Notes under the pieces: generated by a model | Databases searched by the model: none | Seen by the model: only the letters and a program-made list of their open reading frames with translations | Told to the model about the DNA's origin: nothing | Part shown: in pieces, positions 46,279 to 56,491 of the stretch | Position numbering within the stretch: the stretch's first letter is position 1 | Layout: each line of letters begins with the position of its first letter | Origin: an uncultured Candidatus Saccharibacteria bacterium | GTDB taxonomy: Bacteria; Patescibacteriota; Doudnabacteria; UBA920 | Reading direction: 5' to 3' | DNA length: 62,363 bases | Assembly: GCA_964650255.1 (NCBI GenBank) | Contig: CAZYQT010000002.1 | Coordinates: 24,540 to 86,902, forward strand | Program-made: the position numbers and the translations under genes

Positions 46279-46995
46279 ATGATTCTATCAGACCGAGACA
46301 TTAAAAAATTTCTTGAGAAGGGGAAAATTAGTGTAGAACCGCTATTTCCTAATGCGATCCAGCCAGCGAGCGTGGATCTGCATTTGGGGGCGGACTTTTT
46401 AATATTTAAATCCACAGGCCATGTTGCTATTGATCCTCGAGAAAAGATTGATGACATGATGGAAAAAGTTCGCATCGATGAAAGCAAACCCTTTATTTTA
46501 CACCCAGGAGAATTTGCTTTAGGGATGACTTACGAAGTTGTTGGCGTAGCAAGCGATATGGTTGGCAGGCTAGAAGGCAAGTCCAGCTTAGGACGAATTG
46601 GTTTAATCATTCATGCCACAGCAGGGTACTTAGACCCGGGAAATCGTCTAAAAATGACTTTGGAACTACACAATATTTCTGGGCTACCAATTAAGCTTTA
46701 CTACAAGATGCCGATTGCACAAATGTCGTTTACCCCTTTGTCAGGCAAAGCAGAGCATGCTTACGGTGAAAACAGCTTGGGTAGCAAATATTACAAAGCC
46801 ATGAAACCTCAAGCTTCCCAGTATTACAAAAACTTTTTGAAAAACAGCGAGTGGATTGACTTTAAACCGACTCGCAAACCAAAACCAGAATTAAAACCAG
46901 TGATTAAAGAAGCACGGCCTAAATCAGTTTCGAAAAAAACTACCAGGCACACGCCCGTAAAAAAAGCAGTTAAAAAACCGAAAGGAAAGCGATGA
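46279..46995 (+). CDS. dcd: dCTP deaminase with about 50-aa Lys-rich C-terminal tail
   Basis: ILSDRDI...IQPASVDLHLG...GRLEGKSSLGRIGLIIH.TAGYLDPG. The tail is PKPELKPVIKEARPKSVSKKTTRHTPVKKAVKKPKGKR. Confidence 0.9.
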   Translation: MILSDRDIKKFLEKGKISVEPLFPNAIQPASVDLHLGADFLIFKSTGHVAIDPREKIDDMMEKVRIDESKPFILHPGEFALGMTYEVVGVASDMVGRLEGKSSLGRIGLIIHATAGYLDPGNRLKMTLELHNISGLPIKLYYKMPIAQMSFTPLSGKAEHAYGENSLGSKYYKAMKPQASQYYKNFLKNSEWIDFKPTRKPKPELKPVIKEARPKSVSKKTTRHTPVKKAVKKPKGKR

Positions 46996-47726
46996 AACTC
47001 TTTGCATCATCTGAAAAAAAATCTGTACCGAGCCGCAACAGTTACGGACGGTTCATTGTGATCGATGGCCCAGACGGGTCTGGTAAAAAAACCCAGACAG
47101 ACTTACTTCTGAAAACCTTAGAAGTATCTGGTTATGAGGCTGGGATGATGGACTTTCCTCAATACGGAAAAGTGTCCGCAGCTATGCTAGAAAAGTACTT
47201 AAAAGGGGAGTACGGCCGACTAAGCCCCGAAGCTGCATCAATTTTTTATGCTGTGGACCGGTTCGACGCGAGCTACAAACTGCGTGGCCACTTAAGCGAT
47301 GGCAAAGTAGTGTTAGCAAATAGGTATGTAACTTCTAACGCCGGGCATCAAGGGGCAAAAATTTACGACTCTAACGAACGCATTAAATTTTTCCGTTGGT
47401 TGGACAATTTGGAATACGGCACTTACAATATTCCAAAGCCAGACTTAAATATTATTTTGCATATCCCTTTCGAGGTAGCGTGGGAATTAATAGAAAAGCG
47501 TTCCAAAGAACAAGACCGCAAGCGCGATATTCACGAAGAAGATGAAGACCATTTACGCCGAGCCGAGCAGGTTTATTTAGAAATCGCGGAACTATTTCCG
47601 AATACTAGATTAATCGAGTGTGTAGAAAATGGAAGACTACTAACGCCGCAGGAAGTTCACACCAAAGTTTGGGAACTGGTACGCCGAATAGCATTGAAGG
47701 ATGTCGAACCGCAGTTTGTTAAATAA
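46992..47726 (+). CDS. tmk: Thymidylate kinase
   Basis: P-loop FIVIDGPDGSGKKTQ, DRF and NRY motifs, and ATGA overlap with dcd. Confidence 0.85.
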   Translation: MKLFASSEKKSVPSRNSYGRFIVIDGPDGSGKKTQTDLLLKTLEVSGYEAGMMDFPQYGKVSAAMLEKYLKGEYGRLSPEAASIFYAVDRFDASYKLRGHLSDGKVVLANRYVTSNAGHQGAKIYDSNERIKFFRWLDNLEYGTYNIPKPDLNIILHIPFEVAWELIEKRSKEQDRKRDIHEEDEDHLRRAEQVYLEIAELFPNTRLIECVENGRLLTPQEVHTKVWELVRRIALKDVEPQFVK

Positions 47727-47741
47727 TTTAACCTGAAAAAC

Positions 47742-49415
47742 ATGTCTGATGAAAAAGCGCAGAGCCAGTTGGAGAACTATGTCACTTCTACCACAGCTAA
47801 TATTTTCGCAGTAAAAAATTTGCAAGGAATTGTCGGCCCTGCCTACGCAAGATACTCACGGGCGCAAGGTGGTTTTCGTGAAGTTTTAATGAACGAGTTT
47901 ATCAAAGACGGAGTTCTGGACCCGATTCATGCGGACAAACTAATTGAACGAATTTTAATTGCTTATGGTGATGATAGCGTAGGGGAGCTAGAAGGGGCTC
48001 ATGTTAGCTTTGAGCAAGTTTCTGTTCTACAAACAAAGGATATCGAGGACCGCCGTATAGGCGGCAGCCCAATTGAACAATCTACACGATACGTTTTTTA
48101 CGATAGGAAGGATGCTGAAGGAAAATGGATGTATTATCGCGGACCAGAACTAATAGAGTCTGATTTTGGTTCGGAATATTTGGCAACCATGGATTTTATT
48201 TTTGAAACTTACGCGAGCCTAGTAGAACCACTGCAAAATTATCTCAAAGGGCAGAAACCGATTGAAGAAGCTGAATATGATATTAATGGCGATGGGGTCA
48301 AAGAAAAGTGGGCAGATGTCATCGACGAAAAAGAACAGAAGTCATTTAAGATGACTTACAACATGGACCTGCGCACCAAAGCCTGCGATATTTTGCGCTG
48401 TCTGCTACCTTTGGCAACTAAAACTAATGTTGGCATGTTCGGCAATGGGCGCTTCTACCAAGAACTGCTCAGCTTTTTGTTTACTACTAATTTACCAGAG
48501 AGCCATGCCAATGCCAAAGCAGCCAAAGAAGCTCTAGACCAGATTATTCCGCAGTACGTAAAGCGTGCAAAACGACGCGATTACAATGCCGGCGTTAATC
48601 AAAACATGTCTGCACTAGCGGCCAAGCTATTTCCCAATACCGCCCCTGAAAAAACTAATACCCCTCAATATTCCTTACTCGATGATGGCGAGCAAATTAT
48701 CGAAAAAAGATTAGCTGAAGGGGTGAAACTAAAAGATGCGCTGCAAGAAGCACGAAATATTTCCACTTTGGCTGCAATGGTGTTTCCTTACACGAATTTA
48801 TCTTTAATGCAGCTCCGTTCACAAATTTCAATTATGAGCGCAGAGGGCAGGATGGAAATTTGGAACACTTACATTGGCGAGAGAAAAACTCGTCGCGACC
48901 GACCTGGCCGTGCCCTAGAGGATGGTTATCCATATAATTTTAACTTAATTACCAATTTTGGTGTGTACAAAGATTTAGAGCGCCATCGAATGAATACTCA
49001 GCAGCGCCAACTTTTCAACACTAAAATTGGCTACACCGTACCACCAGAAATTGATGCTATCGGAGCGACCGCCAAGCTCCATGAGTGTTTCCGAAAAGCA
49101 GATGCCCTATACGATCTGATTGCCTCCCACAGCCCCCTCCTAGCTCAATACGCGGTTTTGCACGGCCACAACGTTCAATGGTCGCTGGGAATTAACGACC
49201 GCGCTCTAATGCACATGTTGGAACTTCGGAGTACTCCGCAAGGCCATCCGCAGTATCGGGTCGCAGCCCAGGAAATACATAAACTTATTGACGCTCGCGA
49301 CAAACAGCGAGGCAAAGACATGCAATTTGTTGATTACAATGATTACTACTGGAGCCGAGCAGACAGCGAAGCAAAGCAACGTGTTAAGGAAGCAGCATTA
49401 GAAGAAATAGAATAG
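47742..49415 (+). CDS. thyX: Long-form FAD-dependent thymidylate synthase (ThyX)-like protein
   Basis: 557 aa. The N-half has SPIEQSTRY, resembling the S-x-RY end of the ThyX motif, and the C-half has ERHRMNTQQRQ (RHR present, S-QRY absent). The dcd-tmk context supports a dTMP-synthesis role. Confidence 0.55.
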   Translation: MSDEKAQSQLENYVTSTTANIFAVKNLQGIVGPAYARYSRAQGGFREVLMNEFIKDGVLDPIHADKLIERILIAYGDDSVGELEGAHVSFEQVSVLQTKDIEDRRIGGSPIEQSTRYVFYDRKDAEGKWMYYRGPELIESDFGSEYLATMDFIFETYASLVEPLQNYLKGQKPIEEAEYDINGDGVKEKWADVIDEKEQKSFKMTYNMDLRTKACDILRCLLPLATKTNVGMFGNGRFYQELLSFLFTTNLPESHANAKAAKEALDQIIPQYVKRAKRRDYNAGVNQNMSALAAKLFPNTAPEKTNTPQYSLLDDGEQIIEKRLAEGVKLKDALQEARNISTLAAMVFPYTNLSLMQLRSQISIMSAEGRMEIWNTYIGERKTRRDRPGRALEDGYPYNFNLITNFGVYKDLERHRMNTQQRQLFNTKIGYTVPPEIDAIGATAKLHECFRKADALYDLIASHSPLLAQYAVLHGHNVQWSLGINDRALMHMLELRSTPQGHPQYRVAAQEIHKLIDARDKQRGKDMQFVDYNDYYWSRADSEAKQRVKEAALEEIE

Positions 49416-49426
49416 TCGATTAATTA

Positions 49427-49450
49427 AAGGCTTGATTTTTCAAGCCTTTT
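49427..49450 (+). terminator. Rho-independent terminator
   Basis: AAGGCTTG-attttt-CAAGCCTT followed by TT. Confidence 0.6.
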
Positions 49451-49451
49451 A

Positions 49452-49460
49452 TGATATATT
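49452..49460 (+). promoter_or_regulatory. Extended -10-like (TGaTATATT)
   Basis: Upstream of SD GAGGAG (49476-49481) and ATG 49492. Confidence 0.35.
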
Positions 49461-49491
49461 CAGGAAAATTTTACACGAGGAGATTACGGTT

Positions 49492-50319
49492 ATGGAAGAA
49501 TATAACGACGAGTTTAATGATGAAGAAGATTTTAGACCGGATAAATCAGATCCGGTTCTAAAGGAACTGGAAAAGAAGATTAGGAACAACATCAATTTTG
49601 ATGATGCGCTTAATCCAACCTGGGAAATGAACCGCATTTTTTTTCTTGCCCAGGCAAAAAAATGGGGAAACAAAGAGCATCGATGCACCAAATTTATGGT
49701 ATTACAGCAAATTTGGAACCGAATGAAAGGCAAAACAGAAATAGCCTTGTACTTTAGAAGACTATTTCCAGCCATGATTATTGCCGGGATGGAAGACCAA
49801 AATCTTATTGCAGAAGCAAAACTTACCGATGCTATTCTGAATCGCATCGTAAAGAAAGCCAACTCCTATGGTTTAGCGGTGACCAAGTACGATCTAGAGA
49901 CCTGTGTTAAGCGAGAAGCTCGTACTGGACCAGAGTGGCAACTGTTTGGCATCGGTGGGCCTACCCCAGAAATGATTAATTCTTGGACTGAGCCTGCAAA
50001 GAAAGAAGATAGGCCAGTTATGCCGGCCGGGGCACAAAAACCCCAAGCAAAGCCTAGGCCAAGCAATAACCCAAAAGCAAAGGGTGCAGGTACAAAAGGA
50101 AGGATTAAAGCAGACCTGATAGCTAACGGAGGTATTCCTCGAACTCGCAATATCCCTAAAAATCTAATTGATGGGGTACGAAGTCGGGTAAAGGGGCCAG
50201 GAGGTCGCGATCTTGAAGATCTGAGAATTCGTGTGGTCATTCGAGAACTGCGAGTAGAACTGGAGGCCGAGGAAAGGCAGGCTAGGCAAACTGCTACTCG
50301 TCAACATAACGAAAACTAA
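49492..50319 (+). CDS. Hypothetical protein with basic, Pro/Lys-rich C-terminal third
   Basis: ATG 49492 (MEEYNDEF...) follows a GAGGAG SD. The listed opening at 49432 overlaps the terminator. Confidence 0.45.
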   Translation: MEEYNDEFNDEEDFRPDKSDPVLKELEKKIRNNINFDDALNPTWEMNRIFFLAQAKKWGNKEHRCTKFMVLQQIWNRMKGKTEIALYFRRLFPAMIIAGMEDQNLIAEAKLTDAILNRIVKKANSYGLAVTKYDLETCVKREARTGPEWQLFGIGGPTPEMINSWTEPAKKEDRPVMPAGAQKPQAKPRPSNNPKAKGAGTKGRIKADLIANGGIPRTRNIPKNLIDGVRSRVKGPGGRDLEDLRIRVVIRELRVELEAEERQARQTATRQHNEN

Positions 50320-50379
50320 CCAAATCGGGTGCTGTTTTGCAAGACTTTAACAGGTCATGCAAAGCAGCGCTTTTTTGTA

Positions 50380-50385
50380 TATAAT
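50380..50385 (+). promoter_or_regulatory. -10 box (TATAAT), leaderless-type spacing to prfB
   Basis: TATAAT ends 6 nt before ATG 50392. No SD. Confidence 0.45.
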
Positions 50386-50391
50386 TAGGGT

Positions 50392-51483
50392 ATGAATGAA
50401 TATATCAAGCGCCTAGAGGATCTGCTCGCTGCCGTGAAGGGTCTATCGTCCCAACTGAATTTAACCCAAAAAAATCAACGCATATTAGAATTGGAAGACA
50501 AGATGCAGCAAGGAGGATTTTGGGATGACCCAGAAACTGCTCAAACAGTTACCCAAGAACATAATCAACTTACCGAGTTTACAGAATTTTGGAAGGGAAT
50601 TGAAAAGAACATTAAAGAACTTCAAGATCTAGTTACATCTAACACTGACGAAAGTGAAGAGACTCTCTCTTACTTAAAGAAGCAAGTTGAGGAAATTGAA
50701 CAACGCTATATAAAAAATAGGCTAATTGTTTTGATGTCAAAAAAGTATGATGATCATAATGCCATTTTTTCTATTCACGCTGGCGCTGGTGGTACTGATG
50801 CTCAAGACTGGGCTGAAATGTTGTTACGACAATATTTACGCTACTGCGAACGCAAAAACCTAAAAGCAGAAATTATTGATCAAAGCAAAGGCGGGGAAGC
50901 GGGAATCAAATCTGTAACTGTTTCCGTGCATGGACCATTTGCTTATGGTTTGCTAAAAAGCGAAGCTGGCGTGCATAGACTAGTCAGACAATCGCCATTC
51001 AATCCTGCGCACACCAGAGAGACATCGTTTGCTTTACTTGAACTGTTGCCGCAATTAGAAGAAGCAGAAAGTATTAAACTTAACCCTAAGGATTTAGAAA
51101 TTAAAGCCAGCACATCATCTGGCGCTGGGGGACAGAGCGTGAACACTACATATAGCGCTATAACTATTACCCACATTCCAACTGGAATTAAGGTAAGTAT
51201 TCAAAACGAACGTAGCCAGCATCAGAATAAAGAATTGGCGATGAAAATTTTACTGGCCAGGGTGCAGCAATTGGAAGATGAAAAACTCGCTGAAGAAAAA
51301 AAAGAACTCCGCGGTGAGTTTAAGTCAGCGGAGTGGGGAAACCAGATCAGAAGCTACGTATTACATCCGTACAAATTGGTCAAAGACCACCGCACAAATT
51401 ATGAGGAAACCGATCCAGACAAAGTACTCAATGGTGAGTTAGACGAATTTGTGGAGAAGTATCTAGAAAGCCTGATTAAATAG
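50392..51483 (+). CDS. prfB: Peptide chain release factor 2, encoded in a single frame
   Basis: SPF tripeptide (RQSPFNP), GGQ (SSGAGGQSVNTT), 363 aa, and an uninterrupted N-terminus. Confidence 0.95.
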   Translation: MNEYIKRLEDLLAAVKGLSSQLNLTQKNQRILELEDKMQQGGFWDDPETAQTVTQEHNQLTEFTEFWKGIEKNIKELQDLVTSNTDESEETLSYLKKQVEEIEQRYIKNRLIVLMSKKYDDHNAIFSIHAGAGGTDAQDWAEMLLRQYLRYCERKNLKAEIIDQSKGGEAGIKSVTVSVHGPFAYGLLKSEAGVHRLVRQSPFNPAHTRETSFALLELLPQLEEAESIKLNPKDLEIKASTSSGAGGQSVNTTYSAITITHIPTGIKVSIQNERSQHQNKELAMKILLARVQQLEDEKLAEEKKELRGEFKSAEWGNQIRSYVLHPYKLVKDHRTNYEETDPDKVLNGELDEFVEKYLESLIK

Positions 51484-51732
51484 CAAGAATAAAGATAGCC
51501 CCGAACCAGCCAGCATCAGTATCGCCCCAAATATGGCCGTCAAAAGAGCTTCATTTCGATTTTTTCTGAGTTGAGCAATTTTGAAGTTATTACCGGGTAA
51601 GTTGGGGTCTTCAAGCAAAGCGTTGATACGGTTGCCGAAATAAATCGCAGCAAAAAGTGAGATGAACAGAAAGGCAAATCCTGCTCCCAACAAAACATAA
51701 GAAAGTATAACCAGTGTTGATTGATTGTTCAT
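51463..51732 (-). CDS. Small membrane protein (3 TM)
   Basis: 89 aa. Its 3' end overlaps the prfB 3' end by 21 nt in convergent orientation. Confidence 0.4.
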   Translation of the reverse strand: MNNQSTLVILSYVLLGAGFAFLFISLFAAIYFGNRINALLEDPNLPGNNFKIAQLRKNRNEALLTAIFGAILMLAGSGLSLFLLFNQAF

Positions 51733-51835
51733 ATAAATTCTCCCTCCTTTGATTCACTGCCCAAGCAGTTAATTTATGATTGTACGACTTTTTAACATAG
51801 TTGTCAACAATTTAAATCAAGAGATAAATTAGGTG

Positions 51836-51844
51836 TGGTATAAT
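51836..51844 (+). promoter_or_regulatory. Extended -10 (TGgTATAAT), leaderless-type spacing to ftsE
   Basis: Ends 8 nt before ATG 51853. Confidence 0.5.
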
Positions 51845-51852
51845 TAACATAC

Positions 51853-52530
51853 ATGATTAGATTCGATAACGTCACTAAATTTTACGGAAATAACAAAGCC
51901 TTAAACGGCATAAACCTCCACATAAATCATGGGGAGTTTATTTCTGTCGTCGGCATGTCTGGGGCAGGGAAGTCTACGCTCATGAAGCTGATCATTGGTG
52001 AAGAAGCTCTAGATGATGGGCGTATCTTAATTGACGAGATCGATATGTCACACATTAAGAAAACCGACTTACCATACTTACGTCGCAAGATTGGCATGGT
52101 GTTTCAAGATATTAAATTGCTGCCGCGTCGCACTGCTTTTGAAAATGTTGCCTTTGCTATGGAAGTTTCTGGCCACTACAAAGACAAAATTAATAAAGAT
52201 GTACCGAAAATTTTAGAGCTCGTGGGTCTTCTGCACAAAAAAGATTCTTTCCCGCATGAAATGTCTGGCGGTGAACGCCAACGCGTAGCCATTGCGCGCT
52301 CTTTGGCCCACCGCCCAGTTTTACTTTTAGCAGACGAGCCAACCGGCAACCTTGATGAAGTTAATGCTGCGGAAGTAATCGATCTGCTTCTTAAAATAAA
52401 CAAACTTGGGACAACTGTAATTTTGGCGACGCACGCATCAGAATTGGTAAACAAAATACAAAAACGGGTGATTACCATTGAAGGCGGCCAGATTACATTT
52501 GAACAATCCAAGGGCAAATACAAATTATAA
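51853..52530 (+). CDS. ftsE: Cell-division ABC ATPase FtsE
   Basis: Walker A GMSGAGKST, signature MSGGERQRVAIAR, Walker B LLLADEPT, and pairing with ftsX. Confidence 0.9.
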   Translation: MIRFDNVTKFYGNNKALNGINLHINHGEFISVVGMSGAGKSTLMKLIIGEEALDDGRILIDEIDMSHIKKTDLPYLRRKIGMVFQDIKLLPRRTAFENVAFAMEVSGHYKDKINKDVPKILELVGLLHKKDSFPHEMSGGERQRVAIARSLAHRPVLLLADEPTGNLDEVNAAEVIDLLLKINKLGTTVILATHASELVNKIQKRVITIEGGQITFEQSKGKYKL

Positions 52531-53444
52531 TGAGCTTAGTTTCTTTTTTCCGAATAACTAAAATGGGGCTAACCAATTTCCGCCGCAACCTCTGGCTGGC
52601 AGCAGCTTCGACTTTGATTATGACTATCACTCTCATAATCTTGTCAGTACTGTCATTATTATTTGTAATTACCAGTTCATCTGTACACACCATCCAAGAA
52701 CGAGTCGATATTAGCGCTTACTTTAAGAATGGTTTGGCTGAGAGCCAAATTTTTGTTGTTCGCGATCAGCTGAAGCAAGACCAGCGCATTGCAGAAGTGC
52801 GCTATGTTTCTGCAGACGAAGCCTTGGCCCAATTCAAAGAAACCCACAAAAACGATGAACTCATTTCGGACGCAGTTAAAGAGCTGAATGAAAATCCGCT
52901 TCCAGCGACTTTGCAAATTAAAGCTAAAAATTTAGAGGATTACCCAGCGATTGCCGATACACTGAATTCAGACAAATATAAATCATCAATTGAGAAAGTT
53001 AACTTTGAAGATAATCGCGTCTTAATTTCACGATTAAACAACTTACTTAAGTTCATCATTACTTTTGGGATAATTTTGATTGCTGTATTCTCATCAATAG
53101 CCGTGTTGGTAATTTTCAACACAATAACTTTAACCATTTACAATCGTCGTGAAGAAGTTGAAATTATGCGCCTCGTTGGGGCCACTAACTGGTATATCCG
53201 CGGACCGTTCATTGTTGAGGCTTTAATTTATAGCTTACTGGCTACTATTATTACAAGCGCTTTGCTATTCCCGGTTTATTCTGGTTTGTTGCCAAAAATT
53301 AGCCACTACCTCACTTCCTCTGGCTACAGTTTCGATGGTAACCTGGGCTTGTTTGCCGCGCTCGTCATTGCCCAACTAGCGATAGCTTTTGTGTTGAGCA
53401 CTATTTCCAGCCTCTTGGCCATGCGTCGGTATTTGCGGGTTTAA
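52530..53444 (+). CDS. ftsX: Cell-division permease-like FtsX
   Basis: Four-TM topology with a large first extracytoplasmic loop. Its start overlaps the ftsE stop (TAATG). Confidence 0.85.
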   Translation: MSLVSFFRITKMGLTNFRRNLWLAAASTLIMTITLIILSVLSLLFVITSSSVHTIQERVDISAYFKNGLAESQIFVVRDQLKQDQRIAEVRYVSADEALAQFKETHKNDELISDAVKELNENPLPATLQIKAKNLEDYPAIADTLNSDKYKSSIEKVNFEDNRVLISRLNNLLKFIITFGIILIAVFSSIAVLVIFNTITLTIYNRREEVEIMRLVGATNWYIRGPFIVEALIYSLLATIITSALLFPVYSGLLPKISHYLTSSGYSFDGNLGLFAALVIAQLAIAFVLSTISSLLAMRRYLRV

Positions 53445-53529
53445 ATTTTTAGAAAACTCCTTGCATCATTCTCCCTGAGGTGTATAATAAAAAAGAGCCA
53501 CAACTCTCGTTTCGGGAGTTTTTTATTTT

Positions 53530-53538
53530 TGATATTTT
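53530..53538 (+). promoter_or_regulatory. Extended -10-like (TGaTATTTT), leaderless-type spacing to rplI
   Basis: Ends 8 nt before ATG 53547. An additional TTGCAT-16-TATAAT (53461-53488) and a hairpin with a T-run (53503-53530) lie just upstream. Confidence 0.35.
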
Positions 53539-53546
53539 AACCGCTT

Positions 53547-53993
53547 ATGAAAGTAATTTTATTAACCGATGTTCCAAAGATTGGACGCAAGGGTGAGCTA
53601 AAAGATGTTAGTGATGGCTTTGCCAATAACATGCTCATCCGCAAAGGCCTGGCCGCGCTAGCCACCAAAGAGGCGCAGGCAATGCTGGCCAAGGAGGCAA
53701 AGGGCAAAACTGCAGCGCAGGAGAAAGCCCAACGCCAAGCCGAACGCGACAAAGCAGAACTAGAACGCCGCACTTTTGCGGTAAAGGTAAAAGTGGGAGA
53801 CAAAGGCCAACTCTTCTCTGGAGTGCACGAAAAAGATATTGCTGCTGCCATCTATCAGAAAACAAAAATCCAAATTGACCCGCCAAAAATCGATGCGCAC
53901 CATGGCATTAAGAAGCTGGGTGAACATATCATAAGTATTAAACTTGGACAGGGAATTACAGCCAAAACAAAAATTAATCTCGAGGCCTTATGA
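53547..53993 (+). CDS. rplI: 50S ribosomal protein L9
   Basis: MKVILLTDVPKIGRKGELKDVSDGFANNMLIRKGLA. Confidence 0.9.
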   Translation: MKVILLTDVPKIGRKGELKDVSDGFANNMLIRKGLAALATKEAQAMLAKEAKGKTAAQEKAQRQAERDKAELERRTFAVKVKVGDKGQLFSGVHEKDIAAAIYQKTKIQIDPPKIDAHHGIKKLGEHIISIKLGQGITAKTKINLEAL

Positions 53994-54706
53994 AAAATTT
54001 TAAATCAATCTTATTTATTGGATTACTTGTGGCTCTAGTTGCTATATTTGTCCTGATCTACACAGTGGCCATGAAAACAGCTAACAGTCCAACCCAGCCT
54101 CAAGTAAACAAGACCAGCGGCAATGTATCTACAAACAATACAAACGAACCACCAGCCACAGTTGACCCAGTAAGGGGCCAACTTACAAGAGTAGATAGCC
54201 AGAATCTAAAGTTCACAAACACTTCGCAGGGCTATTCATTTGTATTTCCAGATGACAAATTCACAGAAAACCCCGGATTTCCGATAATGACACCGTTTGG
54301 GCCATATCACCAAAACCTAAACCCAGACATTACCATGTACCGTGAATTGGCAGTTGAGCATTGTTTCCTTTCTGGTAAATGCGATTCAGTCACAAATAAC
54401 ATGGCCTTTGGTGCAATTAAACTTGCCGACACCATGCAAGAATTCTTGCAAAGCGAAGAAGGCAAAGCCGCAACCATAGAAACTATAGGCAACAAAAAGT
54501 TTTACATAATAGAACAAGGAGCCGAAGGTGAAGGGATTATTTACTATATTACTGCCACACCAGACGGTAAGGTGCTGTTGCTGTTCCGAACCTATATTAA
54601 CGAAGAAATTGTTCTCACTTATAAAAAAGCAAAAGATTTTATAAAATACGCAGACCAAACGAAAATTATGAACTCTGTGCTGCAGTCATTAACTTTCCAA
54701 AACTAA
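53990..54706 (+). CDS. Membrane-anchored hypothetical protein
   Basis: 238 aa: N-terminal TM, an N/T-rich linker, then a globular domain. General architecture is like the 24049/25224 genes. ATGA overlap with rplI. Confidence 0.5.
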   Translation: MKNFKSILFIGLLVALVAIFVLIYTVAMKTANSPTQPQVNKTSGNVSTNNTNEPPATVDPVRGQLTRVDSQNLKFTNTSQGYSFVFPDDKFTENPGFPIMTPFGPYHQNLNPDITMYRELAVEHCFLSGKCDSVTNNMAFGAIKLADTMQEFLQSEEGKAATIETIGNKKFYIIEQGAEGEGIIYYITATPDGKVLLLFRTYINEEIVLTYKKAKDFIKYADQTKIMNSVLQSLTFQN

Positions 54707-56413
54707 ATGCCATACCACGTAAAAGCTCGTAAAACCAAAAAACTCCACACTAAATTCATCTTCGTCTCTGGAGGTGTTATCTCCGGAGTTGGGAAAGGTG
54801 TCACCACTTCAACTATCGCTGCATTGCTGCAGTCTCGCGGCTACACTGTTGCGCCGGTAAAGTGCGATGCTTATTTAAATGTTGATGCTGGCACTATTCG
54901 GCCCCAAGAACATGGGGAAGTGTTTGTATTGGATGATGGCATGGAAACAGACCAAGATCTAGGTAATTACGAACGTTTTCTAAACACAGACCTATCTAAG
55001 GCTAATTATGTAACCAACGGGCAGCTGTATCAAAAAATAATTCAAAAAGAGCGCAATTTTGAATTTAAGGGTGAGGATGTAGAAGTGGCAATTCACGTAC
55101 CAGAGGAAATTATCAACAGACTCGAGCAGGCAGCCAAAGCCCGCAAGGCAGACTTTGTGATCTGTGAAATTGGTGGCACTGTTGGTGAGTATCAGAATAT
55201 TTTGTTTATTGAAGCTAACCGTATAATGCGTTATCGTGATGGCCGCGATACTGCTCATGTGCACGTGGCATACCTGCCAACGCCATCATCAATTGGCGAA
55301 ATGAAGTCTAAGCCCGTACAGAACTCTGTTAAACAACTAATCGCTTCGGGCATCCAACCAGATTTCTTAATTGCCCGCGCTGAGCAAAAACTCGATGACC
55401 GTCGCAAGCAAACCTTAGCCTGGACTACTAATATCCCTTCGACTAACATTATTTCCGCGCCGAACGTAGACAGTATTTATCGGGTACCAGTCGAACTTGA
55501 TCGCGAAGGTTTTGCAGACAAACTTCTCAAGCAATTTGGTATGCCTGCCAAAAAGAAAGACATGAAGCAGTGGAACAATTTGTATCAGAATATTCTTAAA
55601 ACTCGCGCTTCCAAAAATGTTTTAGAAATAGCAGTTGTGGGAAAGTATTTTGAAACTGGCTCGTTCCAATTAGCCGATGTTTACGTCTCAGTAATCGAAG
55701 CTTTAAAGCACGCTTCCTGGGCAAACAAAGCCAAGATTAACTTAACTTGGATCTCCAGCGCCACTATTGAAAAAGAAGGTGCGGCAAAAGTGTTAAAAGA
55801 TTTCGATGGTATTTGTGTGCCAGGCGGTTTCGGTAGTAGGGGAGTTGATGGTATTATCGAAGCAGTTAAGTATGCTCGTACTAAAAAGATTCCTTATTTA
55901 GGTTTGTGCTATGGGATGCAACTAGCCACAATTGAGTTTGCTCGGTCAGTAGCGAAAATTCGTAACGCACACACTACCGAGGTGGAAGAGAATGTTAAAC
56001 ACGCAGTTATCCACATAATGCCAGAACAGGAAAAGATGCTCCTTAAGCGAGAATATGGCGCAACTATGCGCCTTGGGGCTTGGGACTGCGTTATTACTTC
56101 TGGAACACAAACAGAGCGCGCATATGCCCGTGCAGGCTGGATTAACCCTAAAGGCCGAGGTCGCAGTCGCGACACGATCTCAGAACGCCATCGCCACCGA
56201 TATGAATTTAACAATGAGTACCGCGAGCGGCTCGAGGAAGCTGGCTTGGTTGTAGCAGGCACAACGCCGGACGGGCAGCTAGTGGAAATAATAGAATTGC
56301 CTGACCACCCTTTCTTTATCGCTACCCAATTTCACCCTGAATTTAAGTCCAGGCCATTTTCGCCACACCCCTTGTTTGATGGATTCATTCGTGCTATTGT
56401 AAAACATAAATAG
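54707..56413 (+). CDS. pyrG: CTP synthase
   Basis: KFIFVSGGVISGVGKG, and the glutaminase domain GLCYGMQ ... HRHRYEFN. Confidence 0.97.
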   Translation: MPYHVKARKTKKLHTKFIFVSGGVISGVGKGVTTSTIAALLQSRGYTVAPVKCDAYLNVDAGTIRPQEHGEVFVLDDGMETDQDLGNYERFLNTDLSKANYVTNGQLYQKIIQKERNFEFKGEDVEVAIHVPEEIINRLEQAAKARKADFVICEIGGTVGEYQNILFIEANRIMRYRDGRDTAHVHVAYLPTPSSIGEMKSKPVQNSVKQLIASGIQPDFLIARAEQKLDDRRKQTLAWTTNIPSTNIISAPNVDSIYRVPVELDREGFADKLLKQFGMPAKKKDMKQWNNLYQNILKTRASKNVLEIAVVGKYFETGSFQLADVYVSVIEALKHASWANKAKINLTWISSATIEKEGAAKVLKDFDGICVPGGFGSRGVDGIIEAVKYARTKKIPYLGLCYGMQLATIEFARSVAKIRNAHTTEVEENVKHAVIHIMPEQEKMLLKREYGATMRLGAWDCVITSGTQTERAYARAGWINPKGRGRSRDTISERHRHRYEFNNEYRERLEEAGLVVAGTTPDGQLVEIIELPDHPFFIATQFHPEFKSRPFSPHPLFDGFIRAIVKHK

Positions 56414-56491
56414 AAACGAAAGTCATAGAGATGATTAGTTCGTGCGGAAGAATGCCGAACGAAAAGAATATCACGACGGAGGACAAGTAAA

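Noticed and set aside
50392-50480. Programmed +1 frameshift site in prfB.
   Set aside because: The RF2 N-terminus is continuous in one frame from ATG 50392, and no in-frame early TGA is seen. This gene appears to lack the autoregulatory frameshift.
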